A stretch of DNA of 64,000 bases from a virus: positions 1 through 64,000 of the IMG/VR virus record IMGVR_UViG_3300031566_000014; one strand, written 5' to 3'. A program made the position numbers and the translations under genes. The stretch's first letter is position 1, and every line of letters starts with the position of its first letter. Shown in pieces: positions 16,782 through 25,217 of the stretch. A model generated the notes under the pieces. The model worked only from the letters and a program-made list of their open reading frames with translations. It was not told where the DNA came from and did no database searches.

Positions 16782-16824
16782 CGTTGTCTCTCCTGTCTGG
16801 CGGAATGCGCCGCCGCGCTCGGTG

Positions 16825-17067
16825 TCATGCCCTATGTCTCAGCGCCCAGGCGTTCTCGATGCACGGATCGGGCCGCGGCAGGCTGGTGGGCGGGAGTTCG
16901 CTGCCGTGCCCCTGCCCGATCCGCCGCCGCCCGTCCAGGGTGAACAGTATCCAGGCGCGCCCGTTGCCATTCGCTTGCACGTAGCGCCGCGCCCGGCGCA
17001 AGCTGCGTAGCGGCAGGCGGCCACCGTCCTCGAAGCGAAGCTCGTAGCGGTATACCACCATCGTCAA
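16825..17067 (-). CDS. hypothetical protein
   Basis: ~80 aa; upstream repeat shared with the 16781 gene. Confidence 0.55.
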   Translation of the reverse strand: MTMVVYRYELRFEDGGRLPLRSLRRARRYVQANGNGRAWILFTLDGRRRIGQGHGSELPPTSLPRPDPCIENAWALRHRA

Positions 17068-17104
17068 CCCCCTGTCTGGCGGGAAGCGCCGCCGCGCGTA
17101 GAGG

Positions 17105-17287
17105 TCAGGCTTTTTCTTCTTCTTCCGCCTCAGAGAGGCATTCTTGAATCGCCCAGGCCCGTTCGTCGAGTTCCGCGAGTTCCTCCGTCATGCCCTCGTA
17201 AGTGTTGCCCTGCCTGACGAGGGTTTGCAGTTGCGCCAGTGCCTCAATGGTTGAGCACACGTACTCTGCCGCGGTTGCCATGCTCAA
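17105..17287 (-). CDS. hypothetical protein
   Basis: 60 aa, AGGAGG RBS. Confidence 0.6.
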   Translation of the reverse strand: MSMATAAEYVCSTIEALAQLQTLVRQGNTYEGMTEELAELDERAWAIQECLSEAEEEEKA

Positions 17288-17691
17288 TCCTCCTGTGTCA
17301 CGAGTAGCCGCTGCGCGGGCGGGGGCTCGACAAAGAGCCGCCCTTGCTCCCGCGCAGCGCGATCGGTCCAGCCCCGGCGCGCGGGGCGGTCCTTAGGCCA
17401 GTTGCATTGGAACATTCGCCCCAAGTCGTCTCGAGGGGCCACTTGGCAAGGCGCGGCCAGCGGCTTTGTCTCGTCGGCCCTTCGGTGCCAGGCGCACGGC
17501 GAATCATCGAAGTCCCGCGAGTAGCCCGCGAACGGCGATCCGATATGCCGGCACTGGCCGCTGCCGCGCTCCGGCTTGCGGGCCTTCAGGTGCCGGCAAT
17601 CTCCGCACGTCCGGTCCGTCGGGGCAGGATCGTGCCGCTCCAGGCTCCACAGAGCGGCCCCAGTGCGTCGGCGGGCGGGCGATAGGGTCAT
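17284..17691 (-). CDS. hypothetical Cys-rich protein
   Basis: CGDCRH...C...C. Confidence 0.6.
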   Translation of the reverse strand: MTLSPARRRTGAALWSLERHDPAPTDRTCGDCRHLKARKPERGSGQCRHIGSPFAGYSRDFDDSPCAWHRRADETKPLAAPCQVAPRDDLGRMFQCNWPKDRPARRGWTDRAAREQGRLFVEPPPAQRLLVTQED

Positions 17692-17694
17692 GGC

Positions 17695-17901
17695 TCATTC
17701 CCCCTCATTCAGTTCCACAGGATAGGCGTCCGCGTAGTCTCGCGGGCGCCCGACGCGCTCTGCCTCATCCAAGGCACGCCGAACCGATGCGGCCATGTCC
17801 ACGGCGGCGGCGGCCGTCTGCGCCCGTGCGATCAGTAACTCGCGGCCGGACCAGAGCCGGCACACTACGCCATGGCTGAAACGCTTGCGCTGCATGCTCA
17901 A
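17695..17901 (-). CDS. hypothetical protein
   Basis: 68 aa, overlaps ATPase stop. Confidence 0.55.
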   Translation of the reverse strand: MSMQRKRFSHGVVCRLWSGRELLIARAQTAAAAVDMAASVRRALDEAERVGRPRDYADAYPVELNEGE

Positions 17902-18593
17902 TCCCCTTCGCTCATGGCCTCTTGATAGGCCAGCACGATTGCCAAGCCGATGTTCGTTTCCGCCTTGCGCACGATCCCTTGATAGTACTCTAGCGGCCGG
18001 CCGTCAAGCCCTTCCTCAGTGAGCACGGCGCGGACCAGCTCGGCGGCCGGGCCGGGCACGCGCTCCCCGCCAACCGTGCGCGTCTGCAAGCCATCCTTGC
18101 CGAACTTGATCGCGGTGACTCTCCTGTGAAACGCGATCCCGTGGGCGCCGGGCAGCAAGCTCCCCGGCTCCAGGTTGCTCGTCATCACGACGATACAGCG
18201 CTTCGGCAAGCGCTCTAGCCACGTCAACAGCCGCCCGATAGCCGCGGCGCTTCCCGTGTCCACTTCCTCGATGATGTACGCCCGCGTCCCATACAGGCTG
18301 GTATAGCCCGACTCCGCAATGATGGAGTCGATGCGGCCCACGTCAAGCGCCCCGCTTGACACCTCATCGACCTGCGCTTCGCACGCGCCCGCTTCGCGCG
18401 CCGCCAGCGCCGCGCAGAGCGACTTCCCCGTTCCCGACTCCCCCCATAGCAGGATAGCATCAGACTCACCGGTCCGCGCCACGTTCTGCGCGAGCCGCCG
18501 CACGAGTCTGACTGACTTCTCATTCCCCACGACTCCCTGCCAGCGCGGGCCGGCCAGTATCCGTTGACGGTGACGGTCCAGTACGACGGCCAT
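17898..18593 (-). CDS. AAA+ ATPase, clamp-loader clade (DnaX/RFC/RarA-like)
   Basis: P..WQGVVGN, Walker A GESGTGKS, Walker B IIEEVD, LLTWLE, sensor-1 TSN. Confidence 0.82.
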   Translation of the reverse strand: MAVVLDRHRQRILAGPRWQGVVGNEKSVRLVRRLAQNVARTGESDAILLWGESGTGKSLCAALAAREAGACEAQVDEVSSGALDVGRIDSIIAESGYTSLYGTRAYIIEEVDTGSAAAIGRLLTWLERLPKRCIVVMTSNLEPGSLLPGAHGIAFHRRVTAIKFGKDGLQTRTVGGERVPGPAAELVRAVLTEEGLDGRPLEYYQGIVRKAETNIGLAIVLAYQEAMSEGD

Positions 18594-18679
18594 GTCGAGT
18601 CCCCCAAAGTTTCCGCTCCCCTATGAGGCCCGCCGGGGCATTGCACCCCGTAGCCGGCTCCGCCGGCGGGCCGAAGGCG

Positions 18680-18925
18680 CTAGGCCAAGCGCCCGTTCTG
18701 CCACCAGCCGTACCATTCAAAGCCGACGGACGCCACCGAGCACCAGCGCGGCGCTACGATCTCGCCGCTGGGCAGGGACACGAGGGAAAGCCGAAGGGAG
18801 GTGCCGTAGGGGTGATGCGAGTCGACGGCCAGCACCTTTACCCGAGCGCCTAGCGGCACGAAGATGTTGTTGACTACGTAGGCGGCAGCTTGCACGGTCG
18901 CAACGGTTCCGGGGGTTACGTCCAT
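18680..18925 (-). CDS. hypothetical protein
   Basis: AGGAG...GACAATG start context. Confidence 0.6.
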   Translation of the reverse strand: MDVTPGTVATVQAAAYVVNNIFVPLGARVKVLAVDSHHPYGTSLRLSLVSLPSGEIVAPRWCSVASVGFEWYGWWQNGRLA

Positions 18926-18973
18926 TGTCTTTGCTCCTATTGGCCGGGCCGCGGGCGCCCGGCGGTGAGGGTG

Positions 18974-19267
18974 TCAAGCTACGTGCGCCCCGCCGATCTG
19001 ATTGTGCTTCGGCGAGCACCACATCCGCGTCGTGCCGTGATCAACGTCCATGAGATAGACGCGCTGCGCCCCGTTCGCATGGCGCCACTTGATCCCGCCC
19101 GCGAGCACTTCGGCCACTGTGAAGCGCTGCACCACGTTGCCGAAGTTGTTGCACCGCACGGCACCCGCGCACGTCCACTGCCCGGACGGGGCCACACCCG
19201 GGCGGGAGATCATCCCATTGTCGTGGATTGTGAAGTAGTTTGAGCCGCTAAGGATCGTGATCGCCAT
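18974..19267 (-). CDS. hypothetical protein
   Basis: GGAG...GACAATG start; DVDHGTTRMW motif. Confidence 0.7.
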   Translation of the reverse strand: MAITILSGSNYFTIHDNGMISRPGVAPSGQWTCAGAVRCNNFGNVVQRFTVAEVLAGGIKWRHANGAQRVYLMDVDHGTTRMWCSPKHNQIGGAHVA

Positions 19268-19317
19268 TGTCTGATTCTCCAGATTGCCGGGGCCACGTGG
19301 CCCCGGCGGGTTGCGGG

Positions 19318-19566
19318 TCAGACCTCGATATCGGTGTCTTCGGCTACGTCGCGCTCCGTCAAGCCGCGCTCGATAGCCGTGCAGATCGCGGTTTCCCGCG
19401 CATACCGCGCCAAGGTTGCCTTGCCGAGCGTACCCGCCGTGCCCGGCTCAAGCCGCGCCGTCGAATCGTGTTGCGAGTTGCCGGCCTCAATCTCCTCGAT
19501 GATCTGTCCCGCGTCAATCACCTCGACGCGGTAGCCGTAGCCGCTGGAGTTGTAAAGGACGTGCAT
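19318..19566 (-). CDS. hypothetical protein
   Basis: AGGAG...GACAATG start. Confidence 0.7.
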   Translation of the reverse strand: MHVLYNSSGYGYRVEVIDAGQIIEEIEAGNSQHDSTARLEPGTAGTLGKATLARYARETAICTAIERGLTERDVAEDTDIEV

Positions 19567-19618
19567 TGTCTTTTCTCCTGTAAGGCCGGGCCGCGGGCGC
19601 CCCGGCCGGGGAAGGGGA

Positions 19619-19834
19619 TCAGAGCTCGTCATTCTCCGCGAGCGCCGCGTCAACGTCGAACTCCCCGCGCTTCTCGTAAGCGTAGTCGTCGGCGCGGGGC
19701 TTGCGCCGCATCGCATCGGGCCGGCAGTAGGAGCACAGAGCGCCCCAGCGCCACCCGTCGTCGGGCGCCCACCAGGCACGGTCGGGGTATCTCACGTCAG
19801 ACTCGGTATCGCCGCAGATCGCACAGTAAGCCAT
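19619..19834 (-). CDS. small Zn-finger protein
   Basis: CAICG...CSYC; AGGAG...GACAATG start. Confidence 0.7.
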   Translation of the reverse strand: MAYCAICGDTESDVRYPDRAWWAPDDGWRWGALCSYCRPDAMRRKPRADDYAYEKRGEFDVDAALAENDEL

Positions 19835-19879
19835 TGTCGTTTCTCCTATCAAGGCCGGGGAGGCCCGGCGGGTGGGGGA

Positions 19880-20377
19880 TCAAACCTTGCACGCCGCGAG
19901 CCGGCAATAGTCGCCCGCGCTCTTGTAGTACGTGCCGTGGTAGCGCCGGCCATTGCTCCCGCGCACTGACACCGGCACGCGGGTTCCGCCGAAGTTGTCG
20001 CGCCACTCGCGCCCGAATGATACCGCGCCGAGCACATCGCCCATCCAAGTCGTGATCTGGCCGGTCGACTCCTTGACATAGGCGAAGTATCGCACCGGCG
20101 GGTCAACGAGCCATTCGTATAACTCCATCTCTGAGCGCTCCTCATTCGTGATCTGCGCGTCTGCCGGCCACTGCGCGATCTCCGCGCTGGCAACGGCGCA
20201 GCGCCCCGCCCACATGGCCTCATGCCGAGCCGAGCGGGCCTTGCACTCCCTGTACTCTTCTGCCGTCAACATGTCCAGACTCCTACATGGGCCGGCCCCG
20301 GCGGGGGCCTTGAAGGAGTCAAGGTAGGCTCCTAATCCCGCGCGGGGCCGGCGACCACGATTGTCAGTTTTGGGCAT
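19880..20377 (-). CDS. hypothetical protein (first gene of the early-type leftward block)
   Basis: AAGGAG RBS; ITTWMG...YHG..GDYCRL. Confidence 0.7.
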   Translation of the reverse strand: MPKTDNRGRRPRAGLGAYLDSFKAPAGAGPCRSLDMLTAEEYRECKARSARHEAMWAGRCAVASAEIAQWPADAQITNEERSEMELYEWLVDPPVRYFAYVKESTGQITTWMGDVLGAVSFGREWRDNFGGTRVPVSVRGSNGRRYHGTYYKSAGDYCRLAACKV

Positions 20378-21333
20378 TTCAGACTCCTTCAAGGCTACCT
20401 GTAGCACAAGCAATCCTCATGCCAAACTGCATCACGCAAGCAAGTATCAACGCAAGCCCTTGACAGCGCAGAGCATACGGCGATACCAGCCAATTGTAAC
20501 ACGACCCGCGAGTCTGAACCCAACTTCACACTTTCCGGGGCATTCCGCCGCGCCAGCAACGCAAACATAACCCACCACACGACTTAGCACACCTGCACGA
20601 TAGCACACAAGTCGGAATACAAGTGCAGACTCCAAAAGGTGAACGCACCGCTACACTGTCTGAACCTGACTTCCGACTGTGCGATATCACACAGCCCAGT
20701 GGGGGAAAGGGGGTAAGGGGGTATAGGGGTCTTCCGGAGAGACTCCATGAAACCCGAGACTCTAAGACAGAGAGAGTAGATACCAGTAAGGGGATGAGTC
20801 CCAGATAGAGGGCATGGTAAGTCAACGGGCGCTCCCTCGCCCCTACCCCCGCCATGGGTCAAGGGGGTGCGCCAGGTGTGCGCAGTGGCCGCGCGGGGCT
20901 TGCGCCGTGTCCAGTGGGCGGATAGCTCGAGGGGCCGTCGAGGGCGTCGCGCCAGGCAGGCGCATTCCCCGACGCGCCCGACGAGCCGATGCCGCTATTC
21001 CCTGACCGTTGAATATAATAGTGAGATCGGGCGCTACCCGCATCGCCATAAGTCTAGCAGTAGCAAGGCGCTGCGCCCGTGGCTATACCATATAACTACT
21101 ATTATATTCAGGGCCGTGGGCGCTGGCCTCGCGCGAGGGTCGCGCACCCCCTGCGCACCAGCCGCGCACGATCTGCGCAGATTCCTCGATCATGCCCCTT
21201 GACAAACAGTGGGCGCGCGGGTACAGACTCATAGCTTGCGCTTGGGGTGCAGAAGGGGCCGGGGGCGTTAGGAAAAAAGGGGAAACCCCGCGCGATGCTA
21301 CGTTATACGGGTCTGGTGCGGGGGTCTGGTTCC
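20378..21333. other. ~1 kb non-coding control / possible genome-end (packaging) region
   Basis: No convincing CDS; G-run tract, 13-bp inverted repeat, strand-composition switch. Confidence 0.55.
21010..21110. repeat. perfect 13-bp AT-rich inverted repeat
   Basis: TGAATATAATAGT (21010-21022) / ACTATTATATTCA (21098-21110). Confidence 0.85.
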
Positions 21334-21663
21334 CTAAGTCGTATTCGGGTCATGCTTTGCGGGGGATGGATTGGAATAGGTGATTGGTTGTTTTGGTTCG
21401 TCTGGTGAGATGAGGTCGGCGAGTGACCTTAGCCCTTCGACAACGGCTTCACGTTCTGTTTCGACCCATCCTATGTCGTATGGTGCCAGTTCGGAAGGTG
21501 AATTGGGCTTATTATCGAGGCAGGTCATCCATATCCACGGGAGTTTTCCTGGTACCGCGTTTTCTCTGACGAACCATGCGAGTCGAGCATCAGCGACAAT
21601 GATTCCCCTGACGCAGGTGGCCTGATCGGGGACTTCGGTATCGTATCGGCAGTTGGTGCACAT
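21334..21663 (-). CDS. hypothetical protein
   Basis: 109 aa ORF. Confidence 0.55.
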   Translation of the reverse strand: MCTNCRYDTEVPDQATCVRGIIVADARLAWFVRENAVPGKLPWIWMTCLDNKPNSPSELAPYDIGWVETEREAVVEGLRSLADLISPDEPKQPITYSNPSPAKHDPNTT

Positions 21664-21732
21664 GGGAGGGGTTGTCCTAAGGGTTGGGTGTGGAGCGGGG
21701 GTTGTATCCCTGGGTGAGGTGCGGGTTGGGGC

Positions 21733-21960
21733 TCACGGGACATCTCCGATCTGTGCGCGGATTCGCTTGCCCTCGACTTGGCTGGGGAAGTCGATAGCAA
21801 TCCTCCTGCACTCGTGCTTGGCGTGGTCGATAGCGGCGTAGAGGGCAGGGAGGTTGGATGCGTAGAACCTCAGTGCGACTGATGGGTCGTTGACATCAGA
21901 GAGTTCGATCCAGATGGGGGAAGGGCATCCGATGGTGACGTTGAAGGGTCCGAATGTCAT
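21733..21960 (-). CDS. hypothetical protein
   Basis: MTFGPFNV start, ATGA overlap. Confidence 0.6.
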   Translation of the reverse strand: MTFGPFNVTIGCPSPIWIELSDVNDPSVALRFYASNLPALYAAIDHAKHECRRIAIDFPSQVEGKRIRAQIGDVP

Positions 21961-22217
21961 GGTTTGGCCTCGAAGCGGTTGCATGTGAAGGCGAACTGGC
22001 CTGGCATGCAGATGGGGAGTGCTGGGACAGCGCGTTGGATTTCATCGGGGTCTCGCCAGGGGTAGAGGGTTCGCGGGCAGCAGTTGCATCCGCGCCAGCG
22101 GCAGTCCCCGCAGGTTGCGGTCTTGACTGCGTTTCTGCGGGTGAGCCACCCGGCCAACAGGACATATCCGACAGTGCTCATGCAGCCGAACAGGAAGCCC
22201 CATGATGCCGCGTTCAT
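21957..22217 (-). CDS. membrane-anchored Cys-rich protein
   Basis: N-terminal hydrophobic helix; CGDCRW. Confidence 0.6.
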   Translation of the reverse strand: MNAASWGFLFGCMSTVGYVLLAGWLTRRNAVKTATCGDCRWRGCNCCPRTLYPWRDPDEIQRAVPALPICMPGQFAFTCNRFEAKP

Positions 22218-22258
22218 TGTGGCTAGTCCTTACTGTCCCTTCGGGGGCTTGAAGTCGC

Positions 22259-22546
22259 TCACGGGGTTCTCCTTCCAAGCTCTTGGGGCGGGAGCAGCTG
22301 TGCGCCGGGTCGGTGGCCGTGCAGGGTGCCGTCGGTGGCTGCCCAGTTATCGAGGCCGAGTCGGATGGTGACGTTCATGAGGGCGCATGCGACAGCGGCT
22401 CGTTGGCATGGGGTTCCGTGCGGATCGGTGGCGTGGAGGATTTGGTCGAAGGTCACTGGGCCTGCCGGCGTGAGGAACACGGTCTCGTCGTGTGCGGCGA
22501 GCTTCTGCTCCTTGATCATCTTGGCGAGGGGGTCGAGCGGGTTCAC
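22259..22546 (-). CDS. hypothetical protein
   Basis: GTG start with GGAG RBS, GTGA overlap. Confidence 0.55.
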   Translation of the reverse strand: MNPLDPLAKMIKEQKLAAHDETVFLTPAGPVTFDQILHATDPHGTPCQRAAVACALMNVTIRLGLDNWAATDGTLHGHRPGAQLLPPQELGRRTP

Positions 22547-22875
22547 TGCGGGGTCTCCCCTGGGTTCATCAGCGGCATTGTCGTGCCGCATTTGTTGCAC
22601 ACGGGCACGTCCCCGCCATTCGGGGCTGTGCGGAAGATGCTGAAGCTCTCGTGTCTTTCGCCGCAATCGCCGCAGGGGGGCCATTCGGGATGTTCGAGAG
22701 CCCTTCGCTTCTCAGCGAGCTTCGGATGCTGCCAGCACCAGTCGTCGGCCCCCATGGATACCTGGACGGGCATCAGGCGGCATTTCCTATAACCGGGCGG
22801 GAGAAGTCCACCATCGAGGCTTTCGCAGAGGAACGGGCAGGTGGCGCAGGTGGCGCCAGGGACGGGCGGGTTCAC
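22543..22875 (-). CDS. Cys-rich Zn-finger protein
   Basis: CATC...C...WCWQH...CGDC...CNKC. Confidence 0.6.
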   Translation of the reverse strand: MNPPVPGATCATCPFLCESLDGGLLPPGYRKCRLMPVQVSMGADDWCWQHPKLAEKRRALEHPEWPPCGDCGERHESFSIFRTAPNGGDVPVCNKCGTTMPLMNPGETPQ

Positions 22876-23381
22876 TTGGGCTTCTCCTTCCCTTCGCGGG
22901 CCTTGAGCCAGCGTTCGGCGGCCTCGGCGAGCGAACGTTCCGCAGCGTCGAACCGGCGCCTCGCAATCCGCATTACCGGCCGCGGCGGGTTGGCGTCGTA
23001 GAGCTCGATCCATTCCCTTGCCCACTCCTTCAATGCCTCGGCGAGTTCGTCGTCGAGGGGGTCGGGCGCTGTCTGGATGGCCAAGCGTCGCGCGACGGAC
23101 TTGCTGGGTGCGATGGGCGTTTCGGGGCGCTTGCACGGCCCGAGCCAGACGCCGCCCATCGAGGCGACGGTGCGGGCGGTCATGGTGATGTTCTTGGTCC
23201 AGCAGATGTAGCGCAGCGTCAGGGGGCGGTCACGGCTGTCGGGATCTGGCCCTGGGAGCATAGGAAACCATTCCTCTGGCGGATCGCCACCCATGTATTG
23301 GCCTACATAGATGGGGAAGCGTTCGCGGCTGTCGGGCGACGGTGCCCACCACCACCATCCTGGCGCGGTCGGCAGTTTCAT
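22872..23381 (-). CDS. hypothetical protein
   Basis: PTAPGWWWW...WLGP motif; AGGAGG RBS. Confidence 0.7.
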   Translation of the reverse strand: MKLPTAPGWWWWAPSPDSRERFPIYVGQYMGGDPPEEWFPMLPGPDPDSRDRPLTLRYICWTKNITMTARTVASMGGVWLGPCKRPETPIAPSKSVARRLAIQTAPDPLDDELAEALKEWAREWIELYDANPPRPVMRIARRRFDAAERSLAEAAERWLKAREGKEKPK

Positions 23382-23827
23382 TGCCCATCCTCCTGGATGA
23401 ATCCCTTGGCCTTGAGTAAGGCGAGGGCAAGGGCTGCGTTTGGGGTCTTGCACCAACTCCCCCACCACGGGAATATCTTATCGTCGTCCTCGAAAGTGTA
23501 CGACACCCTGTATCCGATGCACTGGCCTTCCTCATCCGACGGGTTGTGCATCATGGCGGTTGTTGATCCCGCCGGTACAGACGCGAGCAGTGCCTCCCAC
23601 ATCTGGCCGAAGAGTTCCCACGAGTCGCCAGAGGCATAGCGCCCAGTGGCATCACATGGAAGTGGCTGATGTTCCCTGATTGCACGGGCCAAGGCAGCAT
23701 GCCCCAGCGCCTCGGCCACCATGGCATCGGCCTCCCTGGGCTTCTCCTTGAGCAGCGCGAGCCATTCCGATTCCGTCATCGGAATGCCCGGCGGGCCTTG
23801 AGGCCCCTGGTGCCCTTTGTAACTCAC
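23378..23827 (-). CDS. hypothetical protein, phage ABA-sandwich-like
   Basis: EADAMVAEALG...TPNAALALALLKA; family call tentative. Confidence 0.6.
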   Translation of the reverse strand: MSYKGHQGPQGPPGIPMTESEWLALLKEKPREADAMVAEALGHAALARAIREHQPLPCDATGRYASGDSWELFGQMWEALLASVPAGSTTAMMHNPSDEEGQCIGYRVSYTFEDDDKIFPWWGSWCKTPNAALALALLKAKGFIQEDGQ

Positions 23828-24183
23828 GGCTGGGCCTCCTTCGGCGCTGTCTTTGGAAGCGTTACGATGCCAGACGCCACCAGCGTCCTGCCGAGTGCTG
23901 TGGATAGCGTTCCGATGAACTCCTCCTCTCGTTCCCCGTTTACGCAGGTGTGGAGCAGCGGAAGCTCGTTGAACAGCGCATGTATCGTCTCGTGCAAGAT
24001 GCCGTCGAAGATTTCGGTGGCCGGGCTGTTTCTTCCGCCCTCTAGGCGCGTGGCAATGCGGATGATGCGCTTCCCGTGCTGCGCCTGTCCGAGCAGGACT
24101 CGCACATCGTCAACGACGGTGCGTTCATATCGGATGGCGTCGTCGCCTCTGAGGCAGCGGATGCGCGTCGGCCAGTCCTTCAC
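23824..24183 (-). CDS. HExxH zinc-metallopeptidase-like phage protein
   Basis: ILHETIHAL followed by EEEF. Confidence 0.6.
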   Translation of the reverse strand: MKDWPTRIRCLRGDDAIRYERTVVDDVRVLLGQAQHGKRIIRIATRLEGGRNSPATEIFDGILHETIHALFNELPLLHTCVNGEREEEFIGTLSTALGRTLVASGIVTLPKTAPKEAQP

Positions 24184-24590
24184 GACTTGGTCTCCTGAGC
24201 GAGTTGGTGAATGCAGTCGGCCTTGTGGCAGAGCGCCCCATTGTGGAACTGTCCGCTGCCGCAGTAGTGGCAGACGCGTTCTCCGTTGAGGCGGCCCAAC
24301 TCCTGCGGGTCCACGTCCGCCAGCCTCTCCAGGGCCTCCAGCCGCTCCGGCGTGGGGAGGCGGGGGCCGATCTCGATGTCCTTCTCGCTCTCATAGTGAA
24401 GCGCGTGACCGAGCCACCCAGCGAAGATGCAACGGCGTCCGTCATCGAGCGTGACCACGGCGGCGGGCCACCAAGTGCCCTCAGTCCAGCCCTCCTTCCG
24501 GCACCAGTGGAAGGTGTACTGATACCTGCTGGGGGCGGGTCCGGTGTCGGGCGCCTCGGGGGGCAGGACGATGCCATTGGCTTCGCTCAT
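24180..24590 (-). CDS. hypothetical protein
   Basis: 136 aa, CHYC...H..DC. Confidence 0.65.
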   Translation of the reverse strand: MSEANGIVLPPEAPDTGPAPSRYQYTFHWCRKEGWTEGTWWPAAVVTLDDGRRCIFAGWLGHALHYESEKDIEIGPRLPTPERLEALERLADVDPQELGRLNGERVCHYCGSGQFHNGALCHKADCIHQLAQETKS

Positions 24591-24829
24591 CGGGCTTCCT
24601 CCTTGACCATCGTCCAGCGGTTTTCCGTCTCCTTCACCTCAAGCCGTGTGGGATATTCGTCACTGTCGAGCGTGATCTTCGGTTCTCCCTTGTGTTTGCC
24701 CTCCACCTCGATCCTGAAGTGGTCATACATTAGGATATGCGTCTTGCCATCCTTCTCCCAGACGTGGAATGAGCCGTTGCCCGTGTCGATGATGACGCAG
24801 TTCTTCTCACAGGGCCAGATTTGCAGCAT
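24587..24829 (-). CDS. hypothetical protein
   Basis: 80 aa, GGAGG RBS. Confidence 0.7.
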   Translation of the reverse strand: MLQIWPCEKNCVIIDTGNGSFHVWEKDGKTHILMYDHFRIEVEGKHKGEPKITLDSDEYPTRLEVKETENRWTMVKEEAR

Positions 24830-25037
24830 CGGCTTCCTCCAGGGGGCGGCGGGCGCAGAGCGGCGGTCTCTAGCTAGGGCTCCGCGGGAGCAGGCCCCCG
24901 ATGCACCTGCCGCCCCGTGATGTTGATGGTCCCGCCGCCCGGCCGAGTGAGAGACTCGCCGGAGGCGGGTAAGGCTCGGCGCGGGTGGCGGAGTTGTTGT
25001 TCATTGGGCAGTTCTCCAGCTAGTCTCTCTAGTTCAG

Positions 25038-25066
25038 AGTCTACCATACAAAACGCCCCTTGTCAA
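25038..25066 (-). promoter_or_regulatory. leftward sigma70-type promoter
   Basis: TTGACA-17 bp-TAGACT with TG extension. Confidence 0.8.
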
Positions 25067-25136
25067 CTCCGGGCGACTCGGATTTCCGCTCCGCCAGACA
25101 GATTCTTGTGGCATTCAGAAAAATCAGACCAGCGGC

Positions 25137-25165
25137 TTGACAAACTAGCTTACCTCATGTATGCT
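25137..25165 (+). promoter_or_regulatory. rightward sigma70-type promoter (divergent pair)
   Basis: TTGACA-17 bp-TATGCT. Confidence 0.8.
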
Positions 25166-25217
25166 TTGGATAGGCGTTGTCCAGTCCGGCTGACAGTCCG
25201 AGTTGAGGAGAAGGCCA

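Noticed and set aside
24870-25004. 44-aa ORF MNNNSATRAEP... in the leftward leader
   Set aside because: It has a GGAG RBS but low-information sequence overlapping GC hairpins; cannot distinguish a peptide from a structured leader.
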